This document shows, piece after piece, positions 10,354-21,504 of a stretch of DNA of 64,000 nucleotides. The DNA is from Naegleria gruberi. Its lineage: Eukaryota. The notes under the pieces are model-generated. The model worked only from the letters and a program-made list of their open reading frames with translations. It was not told where the DNA came from and ran no database searches. The translations under genes were made by a program, and so were the position numbers. Position 1 is the stretch's first letter, and the number at the start of each line of letters is the position of its first letter. The stretch lies in assembly GCA_000004985.1 (NCBI GenBank), contig GG738863.1. One strand, written 5' to 3'.

Positions 10354-11383
10354 TTATTTATGTTTACCTCCCATGGCCTTTTCAACTTCAGTAACAATTG
10401 TATCATAGATGGTAAGGTGGAATGCAGACATCAAAAGAGTTTGTACAAGCTTATTCATCAAACCATGATACCATCCATAAATACCATCCTCCTTAAACAT
10501 TTTAATCAGACAGTCCAAAGTATTCTTATAAATCTTGTGTCCAGTCTTTCTAATTTCTTCTTCAGTCATTGTCTTCTTTGAAGTTCTCAATTTAGTTTGA
10601 GCAACTTGGAGTGGATAGGTCAAAATGGTGGCAATAAACTTGGCAAAAAGACCAAGGAAGAATGATTGACTAGAAGTAAGATTCTTTTGATTCATATATT
10701 TCAAATAATGCTTCTTAGTTTGATCACTAATAAAATTCCAATAATTCCAAATCAATTAAAAACTTACAATACAGTATAGTTAATCATTGGATTTGTAACA
10801 AGGACAATACTGGCAAGAACACCACTCCACAATGTTGAAATACCTTCTTCTTTAACCATTTTGACCATTCCTTTGAAAATTCCCTCATTTTCAGTAGAAT
10901 CATTCTTTCTTTGAGCCTTATATCTTGTTGTAATGACCCACAATGGACAAGTGGTGATAACTGTGTGAAATTAAAATCAAATTTGTGTCATCATTTTCAA
11001 TTATCTCAATCTTCTTCAACGAGGATCTTTAATACTTCGAGAGTAGTCTTTCCTTTAAGATGTTCATTGGCTTGAATGTGTGTTCTGATAATTTCTATTA
11101 TTATTTGTCAATGAATTATTAATTGTTAATCATCATTAGTAGCAAAGCATCGGAATTATGATCATCATCAATTAATTAATCATCATTTCTTGATTACATA
11201 CCAATAGGATAAAAAGCAGACATGGCAGCTATTATCAATATTTAAATAAAATCATCATCATCACGATCAATTGATTTTATCTTCATATATAACAATTATC
11301 TTTCTCATGAACAACCTACCTTGTCCACCAATACTACCGGCAGTAGCATGAACAAAAGATTCGTAGCTAAACACTTGATCCAT
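10354..11383 (-). CDS. Mitochondrial carrier family (SLC25-like) protein, 5 exons, unusually short (about 250 aa)
   Basis: Exons 11383..11320, 11228..11202, 11094..about 11011, 10960..10768, 10726..10354. Introns: GTAGGT..TAG (91 nt), GTATGT..TAG (107 nt), GTAAGT..TAG (41 nt); exon3/exon4 junction non-canonical (see finding). Carrier signatures YPIEIIRTHIQ, PLWVITTRYKAQ and TYPLQVAQTKLR, each followed by a G-x3-G/EG-type helix (VKMVKEEGISTLWSG; FKEDGIYGWYHG). Confidence 0.65.
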
Positions 11384-11870
11384 TTTCTTTTATAAAATTC
11401 CTTTCCTCCGATGATGTTGTTGTTATTGCAACAAGATTTAGAGACGATAATAATTAATTGGGTTAAAAACTGGTGTGCGAAATTCTCTTGGCGCCAAAAG
11501 GTTGTTGTTGAGAGAGAATTGAGAGAGCTATTATTTACAATATTTGCTTATTTGCTCACCAACAAAATAAGAATGATTTTGTCTGTTGGGTTTTTTTTGT
11601 GATTTGTTTTTTAAGAGATGATGAGAAGAAGCTTCATCAAGATGATTTTTTGAACGACATGCATGTAGGAGGTTAGTTGAATGGCAGGTGTCGTTGAGGA
11701 AGGGTTTGCAATTTGAACGTTTAGAAATCAAGATTACGAACATGTCTGTTGGAATTGAAAAAGTTCCACTCATTAAATAATTGAAATTTTCACAAAACAG
11801 TCTCACTTTATTTCACTTCTCTTTTTTTTGAAATACAGCACAACACACAATTAAGGAAATTCTTGATTAT

Positions 11871-12248
11871 TTAACAATATCTATAACCACCATATCCACC
11901 ATAGTATGGAACACCATAACCATAACCTCCATAATATGGAACACCATAGCCATAACCACCATAATATGGAGCTGAATAAGCACTTCCATAATTGGTGCCA
12001 TAACTAGATGGACCAGTGTAATAAGATCCATAACTTGAATATGGTGAATAGTTGACTGCACTGATTTGATTGGAATAAGCTTGAGTATTTTGAGCATATT
12101 GATTGTAATTACCACCTGTTACTCCATAATTTTGACCAGCACCACCATAATAACCATAATTGTTTCCATAATTATTGCTGTATTGACAGTTGGCAAATGC
12201 AAGACACAAGATGAGCACGAAGACACAACAACACACTGATTTGAACAT
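11871..12248 (-). CDS. Secreted Gly/Tyr/Asn-rich low-complexity repeat protein (125 aa)
   Basis: ATG at 12248 (track start 12266 is GTG). Signal peptide MFKSVCCCVFVLILCLAFANC. Body made of NYG/YGG/SYG repeats ending in tandem GYGYGVPYYGGYGYGVPYYGGYGGYRYC. Confidence 0.55.
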   Translation of the reverse strand: MFKSVCCCVFVLILCLAFANCQYSNNYGNNYGYYGGAGQNYGVTGGNYNQYAQNTQAYSNQISAVNYSPYSSYGSYYTGPSSYGTNYGSAYSAPYYGGYGYGVPYYGGYGYGVPYYGGYGGYRYC

Positions 12249-12734
12249 TTTAATCACTTTGATCACTTTGATTTTTTTTGGTTTTGAGAATAGGATAGTT
12301 AGTTTGGTATTTAAATGAATTTCAATGGGTAGTATTCGAAAGTAAATGAATAATTGGAAAGAAACTAGTTATGGAAATTTGTCACTTTGGAACATCCACT
12401 TTTCCAAAGTTATTTAAACACTTTGTTTTGAGAATTTTCCATCTTTGTCAACAAATGAATTTGGAGAATCGAATTGAAATTTTTGCAGTTGGATGTCAAC
12501 TCTTCCAAATTCCATACTCATTTACAGTTGGTTTACAATCAACACCCAGATAAATTCGAATAGGTAAAAAAACAAACAGAATTTTCCCATCAACCTCAAA
12601 ATCAGGTTCTCAGCCCTTCGGCTGTCATTAATCAAACTCAAAAAAAATACACATTCCATTACATCACAATCGTCACCCTCTTCATCACCCTGTACCATAA
12701 AACAACTATTTTCATTAAATAACAACACATAATC

Positions 12735-13205
12735 ATGACAGACCAAGTGACAGTCACCATTCAAGAACCAAAATCAACCTTCACAACCTACCATCAAAAT
12801 TCCAATGAATGGACAGCCAAAAGTATAGTAGCAGTTACCTTCTTCTATCTCGGTTTCATCTTTCCTCCATTGTGGATCATTGGTTTCTTCGCATTCAGAT
12901 CACAAAATGATAGAGAATACTTTTGGGGAACTATGAATGTATCAGCATGTGCTATGTGTTCTTTTATTATCTATGTAGTTGCTGGTTTTACTTGGATTTT
13001 CTTCATGTACTATCAGGAAGCAGGTGCAGCAGGAATTACGAGAACTTATTACTTGAATTTTACACAGGCCTATTTGGAACCTGGTGAATGGGTCGCAATT
13101 GCCTATGCCTTGTTGATGTGTGGTATTTTAGGATATGAATTGATGAAGTATTTGATCAAATTGAAATTTGTTAGAAAGATGTGTAAATGTTGTTTGAAGA
13201 AGTAA
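12735..13205 (+). CDS. Small hypothetical membrane protein (156 aa, 3-4 TM helices, Cys-rich basic tail KMCKCCLKK)
   Basis: True ATG at 12735 (ataatcATGaca). Uninterrupted ORF. Confidence 0.45.
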   Translation: MTDQVTVTIQEPKSTFTTYHQNSNEWTAKSIVAVTFFYLGFIFPPLWIIGFFAFRSQNDREYFWGTMNVSACAMCSFIIYVVAGFTWIFFMYYQEAGAAGITRTYYLNFTQAYLEPGEWVAIAYALLMCGILGYELMKYLIKLKFVRKMCKCCLKK

Positions 13206-13376
13206 CAAGTTTCTTCTTTCCAACAAGAATAACAATTTTGATACAATCATTAATCGTATGATAATGATGAGAATAAAAAATTCATAAATAATAATAATTG
13301 TGTGTTGGTTCATCATCTACTTTCCTTTGGAATGTTTCTTGAGCGAGGTCTTTCTTCTGTTGTTATTGGAAATAGT

Positions 13377-14495
13377 TTATTGAACAAAGGCAACTTGTTT
13401 GAGAGTGACTCTTTGACCAACAGAAATCTTTCTTCCTGAACTCTTCTTATTATGACACAAATTCATACCAAACACTGTTCCATCAATAATTTCACAGAAA
13501 CGATGTTTGTTCAATGAATCAATAATGAAACTCTTCTTGACACCTGAATCAACATCAACAGATGGCATGGTACATCTTGAACATCTCTTAACACCATAGA
13601 ATGTAACTCCATTAATTTCAATTTCTCTATACTTTTCTTCATCGTATGGTGAAATAGATGGTGATGAGATTACAATATTTCCACGGAAATTCCAATTACT
13701 AATATATGAATAAGCTCCAAATAAATCATAGAGGAAGGTTTTGAAATATCTTGTGAAAAGATTTGATTGATCTTGAATGACCTTCTTGTTAAAATCGCTG
13801 ACTGAATTTTCAGAGGTTAATAAGAATGGATAACCATCTGCAAATTGAGCAACATGTGTAAATTCCTTCTTTTCATCAATGAATGGTTGGAGAACTTCTG
13901 GTTCAGCAGGTCTGTGATGAGTTTGAATTTCTACAGATTTATCACTTCTTAAATCAGTAAACTTATCAATAACTTGAACCAAACGAACTGAAACTTTCAA
14001 ATTCTTTGACAACCACTTGGCAATTTCATCTCCACAATCAAAAGCATTGACAGGATATTTCCAAATAGTGACATTTTTCACTCTATCCTTATTTTCATCA
14101 TTAATCTGAATATTTTCAATATATTTCACTGAGAAATCATCAGATCCAGGGAAGCTAACCTTCAATTCTCCCTTTTTCAAATCAATACTTGTTCCAATCA
14201 AAACCATCGAAGGAGTTTCTCTCTGAGTAACAAAATTATTATTATCCTCCTTGATAACCATCCAGGCACGATCATACAAGAATCCATATTCACCAATCTC
14301 CCACTCCTTGACTTCAAATCCTCTACATGATTTAATTGGGAAAATTCTAATATTCTTTATAGTGATGGGAGCATACAATTTTTGATAGAGTTTGATCAAA
14401 CCACCCACAGCTAAAGCACCTAATCCTGCTCCGATCAGTGTTGTTGAATGTTCCTTGTTGGTGAGTGATGAAATGATTTTTTGAATGCTTTCCAT
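13377..14495 (-). CDS. MOSC-domain protein (amidoxime-reducing-component-like: MOSC_N beta-barrel plus MOSC domain), 372 aa
   Basis: True ATG at 14495. N-terminal TM/signal-anchor. IRIFPIKSCRGFEVKEWEIGEYGFLYDRAWMV resembles the MOSC_N barrel. C-terminal FRGNIVISS...GVKRCSRCTMPSVD carries the conserved MOSC cysteine. Confidence 0.7.
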   Translation of the reverse strand: MESIQKIISSLTNKEHSTTLIGAGLGALAVGGLIKLYQKLYAPITIKNIRIFPIKSCRGFEVKEWEIGEYGFLYDRAWMVIKEDNNNFVTQRETPSMVLIGTSIDLKKGELKVSFPGSDDFSVKYIENIQINDENKDRVKNVTIWKYPVNAFDCGDEIAKWLSKNLKVSVRLVQVIDKFTDLRSDKSVEIQTHHRPAEPEVLQPFIDEKKEFTHVAQFADGYPFLLTSENSVSDFNKKVIQDQSNLFTRYFKTFLYDLFGAYSYISNWNFRGNIVISSPSISPYDEEKYREIEINGVTFYGVKRCSRCTMPSVDVDSGVKKSFIIDSLNKHRFCEIIDGTVFGMNLCHNKKSSGRKISVGQRVTLKQVAFVQ

Positions 14496-14869
14496 TGTTT
14501 TTTGTTTTTTTTCAAATTGTTTTTAAATATTAAAATTAATTTCGAATTTGAAAGATACGGAAGATAACGTTTTGCAGATAATGCAGTAATGAGGTTACTA
14601 CTACATGGAATGATGAGTGCTAATGGGACAATTTTCATGCCTGTCGGAGTCGATGAGGAGAATCTTTGATTTACAAATTTGACTGATTATTACGGTTCTA
14701 ACCAATCGATTGAGAGTTTCATCATTAAGGTGTTGAATTTTCGAATTGATTGACCATATTGTCCGTTCAACAAGAAATAACTACCCTCTCGTCGGTGCTT
14801 TGCCATTTGATTAATTCCGCCCTTATTTTACATTTTCTATTTTTTAATAAAATAAATAGAAACAAAAAA

Positions 14870-15406
14870 ATGTCTGAAAATCAATCGGAAACCATTCACA
14901 CACCTCAAACAAGCATTTTGAAAACTGGTTCATGCAATTGTGGTAAATTAATGTTCGAAGTTTCCGAAAAACCACTTTTCACTGTTCTATGTCATTGTAG
15001 AATGTGTAGAAAAGGCACTGGAGCACCTGTTAGTTTAGTCGTTGCTGTACCACCGAATGGATTCAAATGGAAAACAAAAACTGGATTCACAACTGATCAA
15101 TTATTGAAAATAGTTCCATTCTCTGAAAAATTTAATGGAATGTATTGTGCAGAATGTAATGGATTTGTGGCACAACATTTGACAGGTGGACCAATCGTGT
15201 CAACTATGGGTTGTTGTTATGATGAAATGAAGAATGCATTCTGTCCTGGTGAGGAAGTTGTTAAGAAGGATGCATTCTTTCAACCAATATGTCATGTCAA
15301 TTATGAAAATCGAGTTATAGACATTCCAGATAAATTACCAAAATTTATGGACTTTTCTGCTCCGTATGGATCTGGAAGAATGTTTACTGAGGAAGAAGAG
15401 AAATGA
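14870..15406 (+). CDS. GFA-family (glutathione-dependent formaldehyde-activating enzyme / CENP-V-like, Mss4-like fold) protein, 178 aa
   Basis: Real ATG at 14870 (aacaaaaaaATGtct); the track start at 14750 is TTG. Cys pattern GSCNCGK...CHCRMCRKGTG...CAECNG typical of PF04828. Confidence 0.6.
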   Translation: MSENQSETIHTPQTSILKTGSCNCGKLMFEVSEKPLFTVLCHCRMCRKGTGAPVSLVVAVPPNGFKWKTKTGFTTDQLLKIVPFSEKFNGMYCAECNGFVAQHLTGGPIVSTMGCCYDEMKNAFCPGEEVVKKDAFFQPICHVNYENRVIDIPDKLPKFMDFSAPYGSGRMFTEEEEK

Positions 15407-15933
15407 TTTCTCAATATATTCAAGAAATGATATCAAAGATTTGAAGGAAAGGCATGTTCACATCTTAAAGTTTCTGTACGATAAATTTTTCACTATTAAA
15501 TATTTTGTAAAGTTCAATAAAAATTTGCCTAGAGTTTCTAATTTTTTCTATTATTTACATCATTAAGGAAAGAAGATTAACAATTTGAGAAACGGTTAAC
15601 AATAGATATCACGAGTGTTGTAGTTGAAACTTACAAAACATTTCAATTTTTATTTAGATAGAGATTGACATTCCCTTAAAGTGCTTTATATATTTAAAGT
15701 CAATGGTAAGCTATAATGAAATTTTGAAAGAGAAAGACCACTTCTTTGTCCATCATCATAATTAAAAAGCCGACAACCCATGTATTATTACATGTATTGA
15801 CAGCTGGCACTTTAACCTTCACTTCCCATCAAGTCAATCGAAACCAATGAACATCAATTTGATGTAATCAATTCATTATTCTCAATACCTAACCAAATCA
15901 AAAAACATAACAAAAAAATCAAGTCAACCAGAA

Positions 15934-18275
15934 ATGCCCAAAATTTCTCCCTCCAACGAAAAGCAAGATTTACTAAACAATCAAACCACCAACGATTCCT
16001 CAGACATTGTCCTTCCTAAAAAGAAGGTTTTCTTTGGTGGTTGCTTTTCCATGAGAATTGTAATAATCCTCCTCATTGTCTCCTTACTTTTTCTTTGTTC
16101 TTTATTTATTTGGTTGGCTTCGTTTATTGGATCGAGAACAGCTGTTAATGAGTTGACCACAAATTTGATCAATCAAGTTGGTAGAAAGATATTGGTCTTT
16201 TTGGAGAGCCAGATTGCACCTAGTTCAGGATTGGCAAAGAGCATTGCGTCAGATTTCAAGTTGGGAATTATTGATAGACAGCCACCACTTTCGTATTTGT
16301 TTGAGAAGAATAATATTTATAGACCATCGAGTGTTGGAGTGTTTTATCCTACTGAGATGTATGGTTACTTTAATTTGACATTCTTTACAAAAGGTTATCC
16401 AGAAGAAACTTTTACTGTTTATATCAAACATAGAGATTCGGTTGGTATCGAACAATGGAATGCGAGTGTTTCGACAGGTAGTTTACTGGATATTGTAGTT
16501 AATCAGACTACTCCTATAACTTGAAGATTTATGAAAGAGGGTATGTGTTAGTATCTGAACCTAATGACTTAGTTATTGGTGGTTCAATCAACACCACAGC
16601 CTTAGATAAGGTATCTCGAGTTCCCTTATTTAATTTGACAGATAAGGATTCAGGTATTTTGATGAGTGACATTCGATACAAATACGGAGGCGTTTCAAAA
16701 TCTCCAAGCACCTTTGAAATACAAAGTCTTGGAATTGATTACTATGTATCAAGAATGGAATTCAAATTAGAAAACATTGTTTGGAATGTTTTCCTTGTTG
16801 TCTACGCGGATGATATTTCCAGAACTGTGAATATTAACACTGCTATATCAGTAGGTGTTGCTGTATTTGTGATTATAGTTGGTTTATTGACAAGTGTCCT
16901 GATTGGATATATGATTACTGAGCCATTGAAATATTTAGAGAAACAATTTATGAAAATCAAAAAATTTGATTTAACAAGTGTTCATTTTACTTCGAGTAGA
17001 TTCAAGGAAATTGATGTCATGTACGAAGATTTGCATGAAATGGTAGTTTGGCTCAATGAATTCAAAAGCTTTTTACCAGAATCCATTTTTAACCAATTAA
17101 GGAATATGGAGAACTCATCTGAAAGCGGAGAAGAAACTCCAAAACAAAAGAATATGGAAAGCCAAGCCAGTGAATCAATCAAGAAACAAATCTCAACCAG
17201 AGAATCCAAAGATGGCATCGAAACATCAAGTAGACTTTCCTCCTCACACGACGGAAGTTTCCGAAACAATGAAGATCGAACCTCACTCTTCAAATTAGGA
17301 CTCTCAGAAAAGGAAGCAAGTATTGTCCTTGTAAAGATCTCTGAAATGTGTAAGAGCCTCTCCACAATTGAAATAGCTCAGTTATTTTCAAAGATTGCCT
17401 CTGGATTGAGCGCACTTGCAAAGACCATGCAAGCCGACTTGCAAATTCTTAGCATTGATCAATATCAGATATCATTCGTGACAGGAAAGAAGAAATCTAA
17501 CATTCAGGCTTTGGAAGCAGCTTTGAAAATATCCAAATCATTATCGAGCTTTTTATCAGATTATGAAAAATTGTCAATTTGTATTGGAATTACAACAGGA
17601 AAGGCCAATGTTGGAAATTTGGGAACCAATTCTTTGAGATTCTATTCGATTGTTGGTTCTCTACTTTCAAATGCTGAGAAATTATGTACATTGAGTAGAC
17701 ATTACAATATTCAAATTCTTGCAGATTCAAAATCTTTGGAATATGGCGCCAAAACTTTGTTTGTCACTCGTCCAATGGAAAGAATTGAGATAGAGAACGA
17801 AATTTTCCTTCCAAATATTTCAACAGTTTATCAGGTAATTAAGGAGAATTCATTCTCCAAAGATGAGTGGATGTAAGTTTCCTATTTTAAAACTGAAATA
17901 TTTTTCTTATTCGAAAGGTATGAATTGGAGCAACAAAAGGAAAATGTCAAGTACAAGAACTTTGAAAATGCATTCTCAGTATTTGAACAATTAGATTCGA
18001 ATAGTAATTCAGCATCCCTAGTAGAAAAAGTCAACCAATCCAAGAGTTTACTTTACGAACATTTAGAAAAATGTCCAGGAGATTCTCAAATCACCAACAA
18101 TGTTCTCAATTCATTAGATATGCTCTTTACAAAAGCTTATAATGGAAATATTGATTTAAGAAACGGTCTATTGAATTACAGAACTAGAATGGACCAGTCA
18201 ATGAGTAAGGTTACACAGGATAGCTCCTTCAATATTGTGGAAATATGCAACTCACAACATGTTAATAGTTGTTAG
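15934..18275 (+). CDS. Receptor-type adenylyl/guanylyl-cyclase-like protein: N-terminal signal-anchor TM, about 250-aa extracellular domain, second TM, Ser-rich linker, C-terminal class III cyclase-homology domain; probable exons 15934..16494, 16527..17872, 17918..18275
   Basis: Track ORFs 15934..16524 and 16521..17876 are in different frames. Removing a 32-nt GTAGTT..GAAG segment (16495..16526) joins them; otherwise it is a frameshift. GTAAGT donor at 17873 overlaps the stop and an acceptor at 17916-17917 joins the 17925..18275 ORF in frame. The cyclase-homology segment ICIGITTGKANVGNLGTNSLRFYSIVGSLLSNAEKLCTLSRHYNIQILADSK aligns to V(R)IGIHTGPVVAGVIG...YDVWGDTVNTASRME. Confidence 0.55.
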
Positions 18276-18467
18276 AATGGTGTAGCACAATTTGCGAGAA
18301 TTTTTCATTAGCATTTGACATCCAAATGTGATTAAGTAACAAGTAATAAAAAGTAGGACCTTAAAACAAAAAGACTACAGCACCTGTATAATTTCTGATA
18401 TTTAAAACAGCTGTATTCAGAATCCTTCACATTCTAAATTACAAACTCTTTACAAAAATAAGAAAAA

Positions 18468-19916
18468 ATGTCTTCAAATGAAAGTGTGTTCCTACCAGGA
18501 GATATTTGCTTTCATATTTTACAATTTCTACCATGGAAACAAATCATTGCCTGTTCTCTCCTATCAAAACAATGGCGATCCGAAGTAATGAAAAGTAAAT
18601 TATTTGGTACTGTAAGCGTAAAAGGTTCATTGTTGGTTAATTTATTCCGATCACTATCATTCAAGGTGCAGAATATTCAATCTCTGTGTTTATTATTGGA
18701 AAACCAAGAACAATTGATGGAATTTTGTGAGAATTTATCAGAGATGAAAAGTTTGAAAGCATTGAGTTTGGGCAGTGCTGTCTTGGAGTTGCCGTATATT
18801 GGTGATGGATTGATTCAATTGTTTAAATGTAAAGAATTGGAGCAGTTGAGTACTTTGAGTTTGAATTTTTTTTTAAAAGGTGAAAAAGTAGGATGTGGTT
18901 ATGGTGCTGCATTAGAAATTGCCACTTGTCCTTATATTGGAAATCTAGAGAAATTGATAATTTGGGCAAATATTACAAAGGATGGAGTTGCCAAGGTGGC
19001 CAGTAATCCACTTTTGTCAAAGTTGAAGGTATTTTCATTTTTCATTGTTGTACAAGAAGAAGAATTGAAAATAATTTATGAAAATATGAAACATTTACAA
19101 TATATTTCAGTGAGCAATCCAAATCCCAAATGTTTCAAGATTATTACACAAATGAAAGAAATGAAGGAAATAAGAATAAGTAGTGGGAAGATAAATCTGC
19201 AAGATATTGACACGGAGAGCATGTCCAAGCTGGAACAAATTAACTTTACCCATACTTCTTTGAAATCTATCAAATTGCTTGGAACAAGCTCACATTTGAA
19301 AAACTTGTCCTACATATCTCTAAACCAGGGAATTGACAGAATTAATTTAACTATTGAAGATTTGGATGAGATGTTTTCAGGACATCTTGCACATACTTTG
19401 AGGTATTTGAGTTTAGCCCTTAACTTTCCAAGGAACGGTCTTCTCTATATCGCAAAATATTTGAAAAATTTAACTTATTTATCTATAGACTCCTTAGAAA
19501 TATTGAATGACAAGAGCATAATAGAATTCACCGAAAATTTGGAAAGAGAATCCCTTCTCACTTACTTACAAATATCATCAAACAATATTACGGAATTGTC
19601 TATTGAATATCTTAGTAATTGCTCTTATTTTAACAGAATTGAAAGCCTTTCGTTAAAAAGAAGTAAGGTATTCTCATTCAATTCATTAGATATGGTTGCA
19701 TCTTCACAATTTTCAAATACTATTAGATCATTAGAATATAAACTAGATTTTGATGATGTGAAAATTGAAAATCACATCAATAATTTGAAAAAGAATGGTC
19801 AATTGGTAAATCTGATTAAATTTCCAAAGAGTTTTAGAATTCCAAGGAAGGGAAGTAGTTTGAAACGATTGGATAGAGATCAACAAACCTCACTAGTGAA
19901 AAAGAAGAAACAATAA
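18468..19916 (+). CDS. F-box / leucine-rich-repeat protein (482 aa)
   Basis: True ATG at 18468 (aaaaaATGtct). N-terminal F-box LPGDICFHILQFLPWKQIIACSLLSKQWR, followed by repetitive L-x-x-L-x-L LRR-like units. Confidence 0.65.
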   Translation: MSSNESVFLPGDICFHILQFLPWKQIIACSLLSKQWRSEVMKSKLFGTVSVKGSLLVNLFRSLSFKVQNIQSLCLLLENQEQLMEFCENLSEMKSLKALSLGSAVLELPYIGDGLIQLFKCKELEQLSTLSLNFFLKGEKVGCGYGAALEIATCPYIGNLEKLIIWANITKDGVAKVASNPLLSKLKVFSFFIVVQEEELKIIYENMKHLQYISVSNPNPKCFKIITQMKEMKEIRISSGKINLQDIDTESMSKLEQINFTHTSLKSIKLLGTSSHLKNLSYISLNQGIDRINLTIEDLDEMFSGHLAHTLRYLSLALNFPRNGLLYIAKYLKNLTYLSIDSLEILNDKSIIEFTENLERESLLTYLQISSNNITELSIEYLSNCSYFNRIESLSLKRSKVFSFNSLDMVASSQFSNTIRSLEYKLDFDDVKIENHINNLKKNGQLVNLIKFPKSFRIPRKGSSLKRLDRDQQTSLVKKKKQ

Positions 19917-19934
19917 GCTGACTTGCAAAATGGT

Positions 19935-20007
19935 TGCTGACGGACGGGATCGAACCGGCGACCAATGGCTTATTAGACCAACGCTCTACCTACTGAGCTA
20001 CGCCAGC
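19935..20007 (-). tRNA. tRNA-Ile (anticodon AAU), 73 nt, no intron
   Basis: Reverse complement reads GCTGGCGTAGCTCAGTAGGTAGAGCGTTGGTCTAATAAGCCATTGGTCGCCGGTTCGATCCCGTCCGTCAGCA. 7-bp acceptor stem, D-arm GCTC/GAGC, anticodon loop CTAATAA, T-loop GGTTCGATCC. One C-T mismatch in the T-stem. Confidence 0.85.
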
Positions 20008-20466
20008 TTCACATTAACCTTAAATACCTTAATGATATCCTTAAAATTGCAATAAAGAAAATTATCCTACACGTCCTGATCTTCCAAGTCAACCTTGATA
20101 TTTCACCCTTTACCTTACTGAAAGATAGAATATTCACCAAAATGTCTTAAAATTGAACCATATACATTATTTGAGAAGTATAACATGATGGTAAAGTTGC
20201 ATAGAGTGGTTATTTTCCAGATTTTCGTAATTATAATATATTATTTATATATTTTTCAAGAGTGAGATTGATATGAGCAAGTTTTACTCTTTTTCTTCTA
20301 TGTTGTTTTGGCAAGTGTGGAACTACTCAATCAATACTCTTTGTCACTTGTGAGCAAATTATCAATTTTATTAATTTAAAAAAAACAATATTTACACAAT
20401 CAGTTGTGACTCTATGAACTGAACCAACAGGAACTAAACATCACGTTCGTTTCCTTTCCGAAGATG

Positions 20467-21504
20467 TTATTCTTGTGTACCAACATTACCACTACTACTG
20501 CTACTGCCACCATTGTCACAACCCAAGACAATATTACACCTTGCACCTTCTTCTTGGAACAAATGAGAATATCTATTTTTCAAGTTTTGGAATCTCTTCT
20601 TTCTTTTTTTAGCAGTTCTAGGGGTTTCCACATTGGTAAGGATTAGTAAAGCCTTTTCCAAGTCACTAAAGTCACTCTCATTGATAGCAGTTATCTTGGC
20701 TATTGCCATTAGACGCTCAATAGCCACTCCAAATTGACTGCATACTTTGAAATCAGTTACTTGTTGATCTGTAAGAGTGTGACTGATCCCTCTGAGGATG
20801 AATGATTTAGGATCATCATCATCTGCATCATCTTCATCAGGCCAAATATTTGCAATTCTCTCCTTAACTTTCTTCTTCTGGATGGCTATACGATTTTCCA
20901 ATTCAGTACATTTCTTTTTGGCAGTCGATTCCAAAGTTTCTAATTCTTCCACTTTTCTCTTCAAATGATTGCATTGTTCATTGAGAGCTTTTTGAAATTC
21001 AATTTCTTGCTGGACTAGTTTTTCTTGGAATTCATTCTGTTGCTGGATTAGTTTTTCTTCAAAAAATCTCTTTTGCTGTTCCAACCCGTAATTGCTTACA
21101 ATACCATTATTAGTAATAATATTACCCATTCCACCAGTAGAATTATGAAGAGAAATAGCACCACTATTATTACTACTATTGCCCAATCCACTTGAGGAAC
21201 CAATATTACTACTACTACTACTACTACTGCTGTTGTGGATAGATTCGGCCTGATTTGGTACTTGATCATTATTGTTTGCAGAATAATTAATCGGTGTTTG
21301 TTGAGTAGTGTGTTGACAACCACTTGAATGATAAGAAGGAGGATGATCATGTTGTTGAGTTTGTTGTTGTTGTTTGAGACGAGATTGCTTTGATTTACGT
21401 TTTAACTGTGTAACAAAGTCCAAAACATCGTGTCTTCCTCTCTTCAGTAGGCTTTTCCTCTTAGCCTTTGTTAAGGTTATTGTTCGTGTTGGCGTGAGAG
21501 ACAT
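20467..21504 (-). CDS. Hypothetical nuclear coiled-coil protein with N-terminal basic region, Q-rich and S-rich tracts
   Basis: Real ATG at 21504 (track start is GTG). KAKRKSLLKRGRH basic stretch. Heptad-like LEQQKRFFEEKLIQQQNEFQEKLVQQEIEFQKALNEQ...LETLESTAKKKCTELENRIAIQKK. No convincing bZIP N-x7-R signature. Confidence 0.45.
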   Translation of the reverse strand: MSLTPTRTITLTKAKRKSLLKRGRHDVLDFVTQLKRKSKQSRLKQQQQTQQHDHPPSYHSSGCQHTTQQTPINYSANNNDQVPNQAESIHNSSSSSSSSNIGSSSGLGNSSNNSGAISLHNSTGGMGNIITNNGIVSNYGLEQQKRFFEEKLIQQQNEFQEKLVQQEIEFQKALNEQCNHLKRKVEELETLESTAKKKCTELENRIAIQKKKVKERIANIWPDEDDADDDDPKSFILRGISHTLTDQQVTDFKVCSQFGVAIERLMAIAKITAINESDFSDLEKALLILTNVETPRTAKKRKKRFQNLKNRYSHLFQEEGARCNIVLGCDNGGSSSSSGNVGTQE

